Under the pieces are notes generated by a model. That model worked only from the letters and a program-made list of their open reading frames with translations. It was not told the DNA's origin and did no database searches. The position numbers and the translations under genes were made by a program. Below, in pieces: positions 22,071 to 31,640 of a stretch of 64,000 nt of DNA. The stretch is from Candidatus Uhrbacteria bacterium (GTDB taxonomy: Bacteria > Patescibacteriota > Patescibacteriia > UBA9934 > GWF2-40-263): contig JACPHU010000002.1 of assembly GCA_016188495.1 (NCBI GenBank), positions 7,363 to 71,362 on the forward strand, read 5' to 3'. Numbering within the stretch: the first letter of the stretch is position 1; each line of letters starts with the position of its first letter.

Positions 22071-22574
22071 ATGAGAAAATCTACATCGCTTGATCTATTC
22101 ATAAAGGGATCCTATTTGGGAGGTGTCTCTTTGGCTCTTGTTCTTCTTCGTTTGGTGATGGGAATTCTTTTTTTTCTCGCAGGATGGTCAAAACTGATGA
22201 CCGATGGTGGATGGAGTGCTGCAGGCTATCTTCAGCATGCAACCGGTCCTTTTGCCTCTTGGTTTGTATCATTGGCAGGTAATCCTGTTGTCGACCAGTT
22301 AAACATCTGGGGACTTTTGTTGATTGGTCTGGCATTTATCTCTGGTTTATTTATGCGTCCTGCAGCTTTTTTTGGCATATTGATCATGCTGCTCTATTAT
22401 TTTTCTGATTTCGTCGGCAATACCGTTCATGGACTGATCGACGAACATATTGTCTATGCAACTGTCCTTTTTTTGTTTTTGGTCGGCGGATTTGGCCATG
22501 TGTTTGGAATCGACGGATTGATCCAAAGACGACTAGACCAAAGACACAAATGGACTCGAATCTTTTTTGGGTAG
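22071..22574 (+). CDS. DoxX-family membrane protein
   Basis: LLRLVMGILFFLAGWSKL, WSAAGYL and GLIDEHIVY. Confidence 0.8.
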   Translation: MRKSTSLDLFIKGSYLGGVSLALVLLRLVMGILFFLAGWSKLMTDGGWSAAGYLQHATGPFASWFVSLAGNPVVDQLNIWGLLLIGLAFISGLFMRPAAFFGILIMLLYYFSDFVGNTVHGLIDEHIVYATVLFLFLVGGFGHVFGIDGLIQRRLDQRHKWTRIFFG

Positions 22575-22587
22575 AGTGAGATCTCTC

Positions 22588-23784
22588 ATGTTCGTTATGA
22601 AATTACGCAAACTTGGAAATGCGATAAGTGTAAAAGGGAAACGAGTGCTTATTCGTATTGATGCCAACGTTCCTGTTGTCAAAGGTCGTGCTCAAGATGG
22701 TCCTCATGGACGGATTGCACGTTCTGCTGTTGATATTAACTGGCTGTCACAGCGTGGGGCAAAGGTGATTGTGATGGCTCATCTTGGCAGACCAAAAGGA
22801 AGGCGTGTTCCGGCCTATTCCCTTAAGCCCGTTGCTAAACGTCTCTCAGGATTACTCGGAAGTAAAATTAAACTTACCCGATCTGTCGTTGGGAAAGATG
22901 TCGAGAAATCTGTTGTGGCCATGCAAGAAGGAGATATTCTTTTATTGGAAAATTTACGTTTTGATTCAAGAGAAGAGGAAAACGCGCCGTCATTGGCTGA
23001 AGCTCTGGCCAGGCTAGGAGATTTATATGTGAATGACGCCTTCTCGGTTTCGCATAGGGCGCATGCCTCTGTTGATGCTCTTACCTCCAATCTTCCTTCT
23101 TATGCCGGACCATTGCTTGCTCAAGAAATAAGCGTGTTGAGCCGTCTAGAACAGAAAGCAAAACATCCATTTATTTTAGTGCTCGGAGGATTAAAAATGA
23201 GCACCAAACTTCCTATCATTAAGAGATTTATCGATCAGCTGGATTTCGTTCTTATCGCAGGAGCTTTGGCAAATATTTTTTTGGTCGCACAAGGATTCTC
23301 TGTTGGGAAATCTGTGTTTGAAGAGGGTGTTCTTGAAGAAGCAAAATGGTTGCTCAGTACGCATGGCGAAAAGATCGTCCTGCCGGTGGATGTGTTGTGT
23401 GTGCGTTCATTGCGTAAAGACGCAAAGAGAACTGTTTGTTCTATCGATCAAATTCACGAAAAAGACCGTGTCGTCGATATTGGTCCACAGACGCAAAAAC
23501 AGTTTGAGCAAATTCTTCATCAAGCCAAAACGATCGTCTGGAACGGACCCCTTGGCTACTGTGAAATACCTGCCTTTGCCCAGGCAACTGAGCAAATCGC
23601 AAAAGTTATTGCTCATCAAACAAGTCACGCAACCACGATTGTGGGCGGAGGAGATACGCTTCCCGTCATTGAATCACTCCATTTAGCTGATAAATACACG
23701 CTTCTTTCAACCGGAGGCGGGGCTCTTCTCCAATTTCTCTCAGGGGAATCGCTTCCGGGTATTGATGCGCTTAAAACTTCATAG
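22588..23784 (+). CDS. pgk: Phosphoglycerate kinase (start 22588 or 22597)
   Basis: RIDANVP, HLGRP, LENLRF, VNDAF, WNGPLG and STGGGA motifs. Confidence 0.95.
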   Translation: MFVMKLRKLGNAISVKGKRVLIRIDANVPVVKGRAQDGPHGRIARSAVDINWLSQRGAKVIVMAHLGRPKGRRVPAYSLKPVAKRLSGLLGSKIKLTRSVVGKDVEKSVVAMQEGDILLLENLRFDSREEENAPSLAEALARLGDLYVNDAFSVSHRAHASVDALTSNLPSYAGPLLAQEISVLSRLEQKAKHPFILVLGGLKMSTKLPIIKRFIDQLDFVLIAGALANIFLVAQGFSVGKSVFEEGVLEEAKWLLSTHGEKIVLPVDVLCVRSLRKDAKRTVCSIDQIHEKDRVVDIGPQTQKQFEQILHQAKTIVWNGPLGYCEIPAFAQATEQIAKVIAHQTSHATTIVGGGDTLPVIESLHLADKYTLLSTGGGALLQFLSGESLPGIDALKTS

Positions 23785-23903
23785 AACTTCCTCACTTGGC
23801 GCATAGCTTTGTCGAAATCTACGTTTTTTGTTCACTGTATGTGAATACAGCTCATAAAAAGCCTCGATTTCTTCGCGCTCTGCATCCAATTGAGAAAGTT
23901 CTA
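23782..23903 (+). repeat. Hairpin element family, subtype B copy B1 (pgk-eno)
   Basis: TAGAACTTcCTCAcTTGG...CCAAtTGAGaAAGTTCTA; begins at the pgk TAG and ends 7 nt before the eno ATG; near-identical to 40850-40970. Confidence 0.9.
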
Positions 23904-23910
23904 CATCATT

Positions 23911-25191
23911 ATGAAGATTGAATCTATACACGCCCATGAGATCCTCGATTCTCGCGGCAACCCGACACTCAACGTGACGGTTCTGTTGGAGAATGGTCTA
24001 TCTGGAAGCGCTTCTGTTCCAAGCGGAGCCTCTACGGGAGTCCATGAAGCGCTTGAGTTACGCGATGCGGATCCTAAACGCTATCATGGCAAAGGAGTGC
24101 TTAAGGCTCTTGCGAACGTGCATAAGAAGATTGCTCCAGCGCTTGTCGGCATGGATGTCACGCGTCAGCGCGATATTGATGCAGCAATGAATTTACTCGA
24201 TGGCAGTGCCAATAAATCCAACCTTGGTGCCAACGCCATTTTAGGTGTTTCTCTTGCGTGCGCCCATGCGGGGGCTCGGGCAAAACAAATGCCTTTGTAT
24301 GCCTACGTTCGCCATACATTTGATCTCCCTTTTGAAACATATCGGATGCCTGTTCCCACAATGAATGTATTAAATGGGGGAGCTCATGCAGGATGGATTC
24401 TTGATTTTCAAGAATTCATGATCGTTCCAAAACAATCGACCTTTCGAGAACGCGTAAGAGCCGGAGCAGAAATTTTTTATGAGTTAGGGCTTTTGTTAAA
24501 GAAAAAGGGTTTTTCGACTCTAAAAGGCGATGAAGGAGGATATGCTATTTCTCTTAAACGTAATGAAGACGCCTTTAAACTAATCATACAAGCGATTAAA
24601 AACGCTCAGTACCAACCAGGGAAAAATGTCTTCTTAGCCATGGATCCAGCGGTTTCTGAACTTTATGACGAAAAGTCGAAGCGTTATCATCTTAAAACGG
24701 AAGGAAAATCCCTTACCAGCACGCAAATGATTGTGATGTGGGAACGCTGGATCAAAAAGTATCCTATTATTTCTCTTGAAGATGGTTTGGATCAAGATGA
24801 TTGGGACGGATGGATTGAGATGACCAAAAAACTGGGAAAGAAAATGATTTTAGTCGGAGATGATTTTTTGGTGACGAATGTAGAGCGCCTGACACAGGCC
24901 ATTGAACGCAAAGCGGGAAACGCCATTTTGATCAAAGTTAATCAGATCGGCACGCTTTCGGAGACGATTGATGCCATTATGCTCGCCAAGCAGTATGGGT
25001 ATAAGATCAGCGTCTCGCACCGTTCAGGAGAGACCGTCGATACAACGATTGCTGACTTGGCTGTCGCCGTAAACGCTGACTATATTAAAACAGGTTCCCT
25101 GTCTCGTTCTGAACGTTTAGAAAAATATAATCGACTCATGGAGATTGAAGAGGAGGTTTCTGCCTATGCCAGACAAAATAAAAAAACCTAG
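23911..25191 (+). CDS. eno: Enolase
   Basis: DSRGNPT, VPSGASTG, GDEGG, SHRSGET and IKTGS motifs. Confidence 0.98.
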   Translation: MKIESIHAHEILDSRGNPTLNVTVLLENGLSGSASVPSGASTGVHEALELRDADPKRYHGKGVLKALANVHKKIAPALVGMDVTRQRDIDAAMNLLDGSANKSNLGANAILGVSLACAHAGARAKQMPLYAYVRHTFDLPFETYRMPVPTMNVLNGGAHAGWILDFQEFMIVPKQSTFRERVRAGAEIFYELGLLLKKKGFSTLKGDEGGYAISLKRNEDAFKLIIQAIKNAQYQPGKNVFLAMDPAVSELYDEKSKRYHLKTEGKSLTSTQMIVMWERWIKKYPIISLEDGLDQDDWDGWIEMTKKLGKKMILVGDDFLVTNVERLTQAIERKAGNAILIKVNQIGTLSETIDAIMLAKQYGYKISVSHRSGETVDTTIADLAVAVNADYIKTGSLSRSERLEKYNRLMEIEEEVSAYARQNKKT

Positions 25192-26746
25192 CGTCCTTAT
25201 TGTGATTGATGGATTTGGCGTTGCTCCCGATGGAGAGGGGAACGCGATTACTCAATCACAGACGCCAAATTTTGATCGTTTTATTCGTACCTATCCAACC
25301 ATGACATTACGCGCTTCAGGAGAAGAGGTAGGTCTCTCTTGGGGAGAAATGGGAAATTCAGAGGTGGGACATCTCACCATCGGTGCCGGACGTGTGTATT
25401 ATCAAACCTTCCCAAGAATCAATCGAGCCATGGAGACGGGTGAATTTGCAAGCAATGAGGCGTTCGTTCATGCCTTTGAACATGCCAAGCAATATAACAG
25501 TCGTTTGCATTTGATCGGCATGGTTTCACAAGGCAGGGTTCACTCCATGGATTTGCATTGCCATGCGCTTTTGCAGGCAGCAAAAGAAGCAGGGGTGAAG
25601 GAGGTTTTTATTCAGGCAATCTTAGACGGACGCGACACGCTTTATAATGTCGGAATTGATTTTGTCACAACGCTTCAAGAAAAAATTCAAGAATACGGTA
25701 TTGGGAAAATAGCTTCTGTCTCTGGACGTTATTACGCGATGGATCGCGATACCCGTTGGGATCGTATCAATAAAGCCTATAACGCCATGGTTTTGGGTGA
25801 AGGCGAACAGGCAGAGGATGCGCTTTCGGCGATCAAGGCTTCTTACCAGAGGGAAGTGTATGATGAAGAATTCGTCCCCACAGTCATTGTTGAACATGGC
25901 CAGCCCGTTGGTTTGGTGCAGGATAACGATGCAGTGATCTTTTTTAATTTTAGGCCTGACCGCATGCGCGAGTTAGTCAAGGCTTTTGTATTGCCATCGT
26001 TTGATGGATTTCCTCGCAAGACTCTCCTGAATCTTTTCCCTGTCACCTTTGTCGAATATGAGAAAGGTCTTCCTGTTGAGATTGCCTTTGCTCCCGAACA
26101 GATACAGCAGTGCTTGGCACAGGTACTTTCTGAAGCAGGGATGACACAGCTTCATATTGCGGAAACGGAAAAATACGCCCATGCCACGTTTTTTTTAAAT
26201 GGAACCAAAGAAGATCCTTTTCTCGGTGAGGAACGCATTATTATTCCTTCGCCCAGCGTTGCGGCCTATAATCAGGTTCCGGAAATGAGCGCCCGTAAGA
26301 TTACGGAGCGAGTCATTAAAGAAATGCAGGACAATACATTTGATTTTATTGTCATGAATTTTGCCAATCCGGATATGGTCGGGCACACGGGAGATTTGGA
26401 AGCAACGATCAAGGCTGTGACCGTAGTCGATGAGTGTTTAGGAAAGATCGTCGAGGAAACCCTTGCGCGTGACGGGCGTGTCTTTATCACTGCTGATCAC
26501 GGAAACGCCGAAGAGATGCGTAATTTACGCACAGGCGAAATGGATAAAGAGCACGCGACCAACCCAGTTCCGTTTGTCATCATCGGCAATGCCTACGAGG
26601 GCCAGCCCTCTATTGCGGGCGAAGTGCCAGAAGGGAACCTTTCGCTTATGTCTCCGGTGGGAATGCTCTCAGACGTCGCTCCTACCATTTTAGCGGTGAT
26701 GGGAATTCAACAGCCTCCTGAAATGACCGGACAGCCTTTGATTTGA
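25166..26746 (+). CDS. gpmI: 2,3-bisphosphoglycerate-independent phosphoglycerate mutase
   Basis: MGNSEVGH, GRYYAMDRD, ETEKYAH, NPDMVGH and TADHGNAE motifs. Confidence 0.97.
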   Translation: MPDKIKKPSVLIVIDGFGVAPDGEGNAITQSQTPNFDRFIRTYPTMTLRASGEEVGLSWGEMGNSEVGHLTIGAGRVYYQTFPRINRAMETGEFASNEAFVHAFEHAKQYNSRLHLIGMVSQGRVHSMDLHCHALLQAAKEAGVKEVFIQAILDGRDTLYNVGIDFVTTLQEKIQEYGIGKIASVSGRYYAMDRDTRWDRINKAYNAMVLGEGEQAEDALSAIKASYQREVYDEEFVPTVIVEHGQPVGLVQDNDAVIFFNFRPDRMRELVKAFVLPSFDGFPRKTLLNLFPVTFVEYEKGLPVEIAFAPEQIQQCLAQVLSEAGMTQLHIAETEKYAHATFFLNGTKEDPFLGEERIIIPSPSVAAYNQVPEMSARKITERVIKEMQDNTFDFIVMNFANPDMVGHTGDLEATIKAVTVVDECLGKIVEETLARDGRVFITADHGNAEEMRNLRTGEMDKEHATNPVPFVIIGNAYEGQPSIAGEVPEGNLSLMSPVGMLSDVAPTILAVMGIQQPPEMTGQPLI

Positions 26747-26747
26747 T

Positions 26748-27461
26748 ATGGTCTCCAAACAACAGATTATTCAGATATTAAAACGATTGAAGAAATATTG
26801 GCCAAACCCTGGAGCCATGGAGATTGGTAATCCATATCAGAATCTTGTGGGAGTCCTTTTATCTGCGCGCACAAGAGACGAACAGGTGTTGAAGTTAATG
26901 CCTGGATTTTTTGAGGCGTTTCCAACGGTTTACGTCCTTGCACAAGCAAGCGAAAAACAGATTGAATCTCACATCAATACGATCGGGATGTTCCATCAAA
27001 AAGCCAAGAATCTTAAAAAGATGGCAACGGATGTGGTGAATACATACGATGGTTCCATCCCCAGTACCATGGAGGATCTTGTTTCCCTTGCGGGAGTGGG
27101 TCGCAAGACGGCAAGCGTCGTTCTGGTCGCTTCTTTCCAGACGCCTGCCATTGCCGTAGACACGCATGTGCATCGCGTGACAAATCGGTTAGGATGGGTA
27201 AAGACGCAGACGCCTGAAAAAACGGAACAAGCGCTTTTGAAGATGATTCCAGACAAGTGGAAACACACCGTGAATCAGGTGTTTGTGAAGCATGGGCGCT
27301 ATCTTTGCATCAGCAAACCGCGTTGTTGGGCATGTCCCGTGCGTGATCTTTGCGCGTTTAAAAAGAAAAATCTCACCGCTCCCAAAAATGCCGATGAGAT
27401 TCTGACAGATATTCAACGTCGGGAACGAACACTCGAACAACTTCGGGAACACGCGGTATGA
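26748..27461 (+). CDS. nth: Endonuclease III
   Basis: HhH motif LAGVGRKTA, AVDTHVHR and a C-terminal Cys cluster. Confidence 0.93.
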   Translation: MVSKQQIIQILKRLKKYWPNPGAMEIGNPYQNLVGVLLSARTRDEQVLKLMPGFFEAFPTVYVLAQASEKQIESHINTIGMFHQKAKNLKKMATDVVNTYDGSIPSTMEDLVSLAGVGRKTASVVLVASFQTPAIAVDTHVHRVTNRLGWVKTQTPEKTEQALLKMIPDKWKHTVNQVFVKHGRYLCISKPRCWACPVRDLCAFKKKNLTAPKNADEILTDIQRRERTLEQLREHAV

Positions 27462-28021
27462 TATCTATGTCTTTTGACCAAACACTAAGTAGAAATATTT
27501 ATCGCATCGCCAAGGATTCCTGGATATTACGTCCGTTGGCTATTTTTTGTGCAAACACGCTTTTGTTTATCATGATCACTGCCATTGTGTTTACCTGTTC
27601 GGCTCTGGATTGTGATGCGGACTTTTGGAGGCGTACGCAAGGTCATGCATTTACGTTAGGTTTGCCCTTGTTTATCACTTGGCTTGTGACGTTTTTTTTA
27701 CAAAAAACAATAAAACGGGCTCGACCGTTTGAACAGGGAAGAGACGAACCACTCATAAAAATGGTCTGGATCGAACCGTCTTTTCCTTCGGCTCATTCTG
27801 CTGTGGCTTTTGCGACCGCTGTGGTCGGATCTTATTTCTATTGGGAACTGTTTGGTCCGTGGTTATTTTTTGTCGCGATCGCTGTGGCGATAAGTCGGGT
27901 GGCCGTTGGTGTCCACTACATGAGCGATGTCTTTTTTGGGGCGCTTCTTGGTGTGATGATCGGTAGCTCGTCGCTGTTTGCCTTATTGTGGCTTGTGTTT
28001 TTTTCACCTTTTTTACATTAA
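27458..28021 (+). CDS. PAP2-family phosphatase
   Basis: KRARP, SFPSAH and SRVAVGVHY motifs. Confidence 0.9.
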   Translation: MISMSFDQTLSRNIYRIAKDSWILRPLAIFCANTLLFIMITAIVFTCSALDCDADFWRRTQGHAFTLGLPLFITWLVTFFLQKTIKRARPFEQGRDEPLIKMVWIEPSFPSAHSAVAFATAVVGSYFYWELFGPWLFFVAIAVAISRVAVGVHYMSDVFFGALLGVMIGSSSLFALLWLVFFSPFLH

Positions 28022-28025
28022 TACT

Positions 28026-28508
28026 ATGAGTAAAAAAATCATTGCCGTTTCAGGAGGGTTCGATCCTATTCACGTAGGCCATGTTCGTATGATCCAAGAA
28101 GCGGCAGCGCTCGGGGATCAATTGGTGGTTATTTTGAACAACGATCATTGGCTCATGAAGAAAAAAGGATATGTCTTTATGCCTCAGGAACAACGTAAGG
28201 AGATCATCGAAGCGATCGCTGGAGTTTCGGCTGTCGTCCTGACAAACCATGAACCGGATTGTGCGGATATGAGCGTGTGTGATGCGTTGAAGGAAATAAA
28301 GCCCGACATCTTTGCCAACGGAGGCGATCGTTTTGCCGATAACATTCCCGAGGCCGTGCTTGCACGCGAACTTGGAATTGAAACCATTTTTAATATCGGC
28401 CACGGAGGAAAAGTTCAATCAAGCTCCTGGCTCACCGCCGAAGATCGTGACGTACGCGAATGTTTTTGCCGATCCGGATTAAAATACGTTCAGTGTCACG
28501 GAAAATAA
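28026..28508 (+). CDS. Cytidylyltransferase-family protein with C-terminal SEC-C motif
   Basis: SGGFDPIHVGH and ANGGDR motifs; ends ECFCRSGLKYVQCHGK. Confidence 0.85.
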   Translation: MSKKIIAVSGGFDPIHVGHVRMIQEAAALGDQLVVILNNDHWLMKKKGYVFMPQEQRKEIIEAIAGVSAVVLTNHEPDCADMSVCDALKEIKPDIFANGGDRFADNIPEAVLARELGIETIFNIGHGGKVQSSSWLTAEDRDVRECFCRSGLKYVQCHGK

Positions 28509-28522
28509 TTTTTGAGTATCTT

Positions 28523-29545
28523 ATGTTGCGACTTATTGGAATTATTTTAGGAATACTCTTGATTGTCGGTGTGGTTGTTTCCGGTTCTTACCTTTTTGAT
28601 GCCTATTTCGCCAAGCCGGACGATCAAGCTCAACCAATAGCATTTTCTATCGCAGAAGGAAGTTCTACCGAGGCGATTGCCAGTGGTCTTGAAGATCGGG
28701 GGCTCATCACAAGCAAGCTTTTTTTTAAAACGTACGTACGTTTTTCCAAAGCCACGCTTCAAGCCGGAGAATTTCAGTTGACTCAAGGGATGAGTCTGCG
28801 GACATTAGTTTCTGCATTGAGTTTTGCTCGCGCCCGCGAGGTACAGATCACGATTCCGGAAGGGTACACCGCTTCAGAAATAGGAAAGACCGTGACAGAG
28901 GTTTTACCTGGAATTTCGACTGAACAATGGGAAGAAGTGGTGGGCACTAGTGGCAAAGGAATGTCCTCCGTCAGTGATATTCTCGCAGGTATTCCAAGCG
29001 GACAAGGACTAGAAGGATATCTGTTTCCTGACACGTATCGGTTCCGAGAGGATGCTGACGCAGAAACCGTTGCACAAACGATGGTTTTAACACTCAAGCG
29101 TCGACTCGCAGAAAACGACATTACGATTCCTCGCAATCTTATTTTTGAAGGAGGCTTAACGTTTCATGAAATGTTGACCTTGGCCTCAATAGTGGAACGG
29201 GAAGTCAGGGGCCCCGAAGACATGAAAATCGTCGCAGGGATTTTTTATACAAGACTCAAAATCGGCATGGCTTTGCAAGCCGATTCGACGGTGAATTACG
29301 TGACCGGAGGCAACACGCCATCTATTAGTCTGGATGATAGTTATATCGATTCCCCCTACAACACCTATCGGAATTTAGGGCTTCCACCGGGACCCATTAG
29401 CAATCCGGGAATGAATGCCATTTTGGCGACCCTTCATCCTGTGGATTCAGATTATCTTTATTTCCTGACAACTCCAGAAGGGAAAGTCATTTATAGCAAG
29501 ACCTTTGATGAGCATGTTGCGAATAAGTATCAGTATTTGAAATAA
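28523..29545 (+). CDS. mltG: Endolytic transglycosylase MltG
   Basis: ITIPEG, LEGYLFPDTY, LASIVERE and SPYNTY..GLPPGPISNPG motifs. Confidence 0.95.
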   Translation: MLRLIGIILGILLIVGVVVSGSYLFDAYFAKPDDQAQPIAFSIAEGSSTEAIASGLEDRGLITSKLFFKTYVRFSKATLQAGEFQLTQGMSLRTLVSALSFARAREVQITIPEGYTASEIGKTVTEVLPGISTEQWEEVVGTSGKGMSSVSDILAGIPSGQGLEGYLFPDTYRFREDADAETVAQTMVLTLKRRLAENDITIPRNLIFEGGLTFHEMLTLASIVEREVRGPEDMKIVAGIFYTRLKIGMALQADSTVNYVTGGNTPSISLDDSYIDSPYNTYRNLGLPPGPISNPGMNAILATLHPVDSDYLYFLTTPEGKVIYSKTFDEHVANKYQYLK

Positions 29546-29608
29546 GTTTTATCCAGAAACGACAAGACCCATCCAATGTGTTTGGATGGGTCCGTGGGTG
29601 AGCCACCT

Positions 29609-29896
29609 TCATTTGGTGAGGTAGCTCGATTTGCAGAAGTCTCCGTCGGGCCCGAACCCGCGGAGATTTTCGTTTCGGCTGTATCGCGCGACCTGGTCGG
29701 TCGCGGGCAGTCGAAAGAGAGTGATTCCTCCCCTCCGGTGCGTGGTCCAGGTGAGGATACGCATGGACGAATCCTCGAATGCACCGACGCATTCCTTCCT
29801 CGTTCGAACGGTCAGGAAGGTATCATCGTCCGACGACGCTCTTGTTTCAGATACGATTCCCAAACCAAGAACGAGGATGATAAGAAGCTTGCGCAT
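29609..29896 (-). CDS. Small orphan secreted protein
   Basis: Signal-peptide-like MRKLLIILVLGLGIV; AGGAGG SD; TTGACA-17-TATTAT promoter at 30003-29975. Confidence 0.55.
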   Translation of the reverse strand: MRKLLIILVLGLGIVSETRASSDDDTFLTVRTRKECVGAFEDSSMRILTWTTHRRGGITLFRLPATDQVARYSRNENLRGFGPDGDFCKSSYLTK

Positions 29897-30056
29897 GGGA
29901 TTCCTCCTGATTGCGCGTTTTTCCGACCTTTTTCGGTAATCGAAAAAGGTATAAACTGTCAAATTAACCCTGAAATAATATCATAAAATTAGCATTTTGT
30001 CAATGATTTATGTATATTTTACGTTAATTTTGGTAGACATTCTTGTTCTATTTACT

Positions 30057-30170
30057 GCCTGAGCCTGCCTACCGTGAGCTGTTTGCCATGAGCTTGTCGA
30101 ATGGTCGAACGGTCGAAGGCCGCAAATACACCCTTCGACTCCGACTCGTCGGACGAGTCTCCGCTCAGGG
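30057..30170. repeat. Cluster of short palindromic units (xxx-TGAGC-loop-TCGAA-xxx'): three nested plus one inverted
   Basis: gccTGAGC..ccgTGAGC..ccaTGAGCttgTCGAAtgg-TCGAAcgg-TCGAAggc, then cccTTCGA...GCTCAggg. Confidence 0.85.
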
Positions 30171-30297
30171 AATATACAGCTTGATACTGCGTAAGCTTGG
30201 CTCGCGGGGAGGTTTATTGACGTAGAGAGTTTTTTTGATTAAGTTGATGTTCTCAGATTTTTGAGAAAGAAGGTTCTTTATACAAAGGAGGTCATTC

Positions 30298-31593
30298 GTG
30301 GATGAGCGATATCGATTCTCGTGGCCGGATCCGGAATATCCAAACATAGTTACTCGGGATTTGACGATTCTCAGAAAAGGGAAAAAGGAAACCTCAGTAA
30401 AGCTCACAGGAGTGAAACTGAGGGAATTGATTCCGTATTGTTTGTATGAAGTCCCCGAATCCTCGCATGAGCAAGCGGGAGCGATTCCCGAACTGCGGCC
30501 AGGGCGAATTCTTTCGCGCAATCTGAAAATAAGTGAAGGAGTTTATGGAGGATCTGTTGAAGAGGAGATGGATCAGTGTTTTATCTCTTACGACGGTATC
30601 TACAAAGCCCGACGAGGATTGAGTCATATAGAACGGCGATATATTTCTACAGAAATTCCCGGCTTGCGCAAATGGTCTGCCGCTCTGGATTCTTTAACAC
30701 GTTTCTCCTGGGATTTGGAAAAATCAAACCAAGAAGGCCGACAGATACTTACGTCTGTGTCCGCACACACGGCTATCGAACATGGGTCCGTGATTGACTC
30801 GCATAAGGTTGCGGCTCGTGAACGGACAGTTCAGGCAGGAACGCTTGAGGATTCCAATGGGAGATTTAATCCAGGCCGGATTCCACTGATTTGTTTTGCT
30901 GGTGAAAGGAAGCTCCGCAAACGGACTCAAATTGTTCGTGGTATCGGACGGAAGATGAGTTTCAGGGAAGTGGTGCTGGAACAGATGATCGATGGTTTGC
31001 GAGATATTTGTATTAGCGTATCTCGATCACAGGAATATCGTTTGCGTTCCGGTTGGCTTACCCAATCTCTGGAGCGAACTCCTAGGAAGGTAAAACAAGA
31101 AGCTGATCGATTGCTTCAAGAAGCCATGCGTCTGCGGCACATCGTGACTCGGCCTTTTGCCCGTTCATTCAATCGCTGTGCCGTTGATTTGGAAGACGCG
31201 GCTCAGTTTCTTCAAGAGGCGGCGAACAATCGACGAAGCGAGCTGATTTCTCAGGCAAAGGAAAAGATCGGACAAGTGTACAGAGCCATGAAGCAATTAG
31301 AGTGTCATTGGCGTCTGGAAGAGGTATTATTTGAGATCTCCATTCTTCGGGATCGTAAACAAACCGTATCTGCTTTACAGCAACGGCTTTGGCATCGCGC
31401 TCTTGAGTCTGTACATCACCAACTTACAGCAGAGGAACCTCTCACTGGTAAACATTTAGAACATGGTTTCAAACGTCCTGTGTTACAGCGAGTCCGTCCG
31501 CATATTCAATTGGCTGATAAGTCTTTGATGCAAGATCCTCCTGATTTCAGGAGTGTTTATAAAGAATTGAAGACCGCTTGCGATCCCATCTGA
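30298..31593 (+). CDS. Orphan helical protein
   Basis: 431-aa ORF with AAGGAGG SD, TTGACG-17-TAAGTT promoter at 30217-30245 and its own terminator. Confidence 0.7.
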   Translation: MDERYRFSWPDPEYPNIVTRDLTILRKGKKETSVKLTGVKLRELIPYCLYEVPESSHEQAGAIPELRPGRILSRNLKISEGVYGGSVEEEMDQCFISYDGIYKARRGLSHIERRYISTEIPGLRKWSAALDSLTRFSWDLEKSNQEGRQILTSVSAHTAIEHGSVIDSHKVAARERTVQAGTLEDSNGRFNPGRIPLICFAGERKLRKRTQIVRGIGRKMSFREVVLEQMIDGLRDICISVSRSQEYRLRSGWLTQSLERTPRKVKQEADRLLQEAMRLRHIVTRPFARSFNRCAVDLEDAAQFLQEAANNRRSELISQAKEKIGQVYRAMKQLECHWRLEEVLFEISILRDRKQTVSALQQRLWHRALESVHHQLTAEEPLTGKHLEHGFKRPVLQRVRPHIQLADKSLMQDPPDFRSVYKELKTACDPI

Positions 31594-31614
31594 CCCGTAT
31601 TCGGGTCTTTTTTT
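31592..31614 (+). terminator. Intrinsic terminator
   Basis: GACCCG-tatt-CGGGTC followed by a T run. Confidence 0.7.
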
Positions 31615-31640
31615 CTATTCGTATGTTAAACTATGGCCGT

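Noticed and set aside
22577-22586. GAGATCTCTC before pgk, resembling an element end or excision scar
   Set aside because: Only 10 nt with no core sequence; compatible with chance
21051-26746. Glycolysis cluster lacking tpiA and containing a DoxX gene
   Set aside because: Gene-order variation only; tpiA may lie outside the window
29487-29986. Several overlapping ORFs on both strands
   Set aside because: Only the minus-strand ORF starting at 29896 has an SD, a promoter and a signal peptide; the rest are shadows
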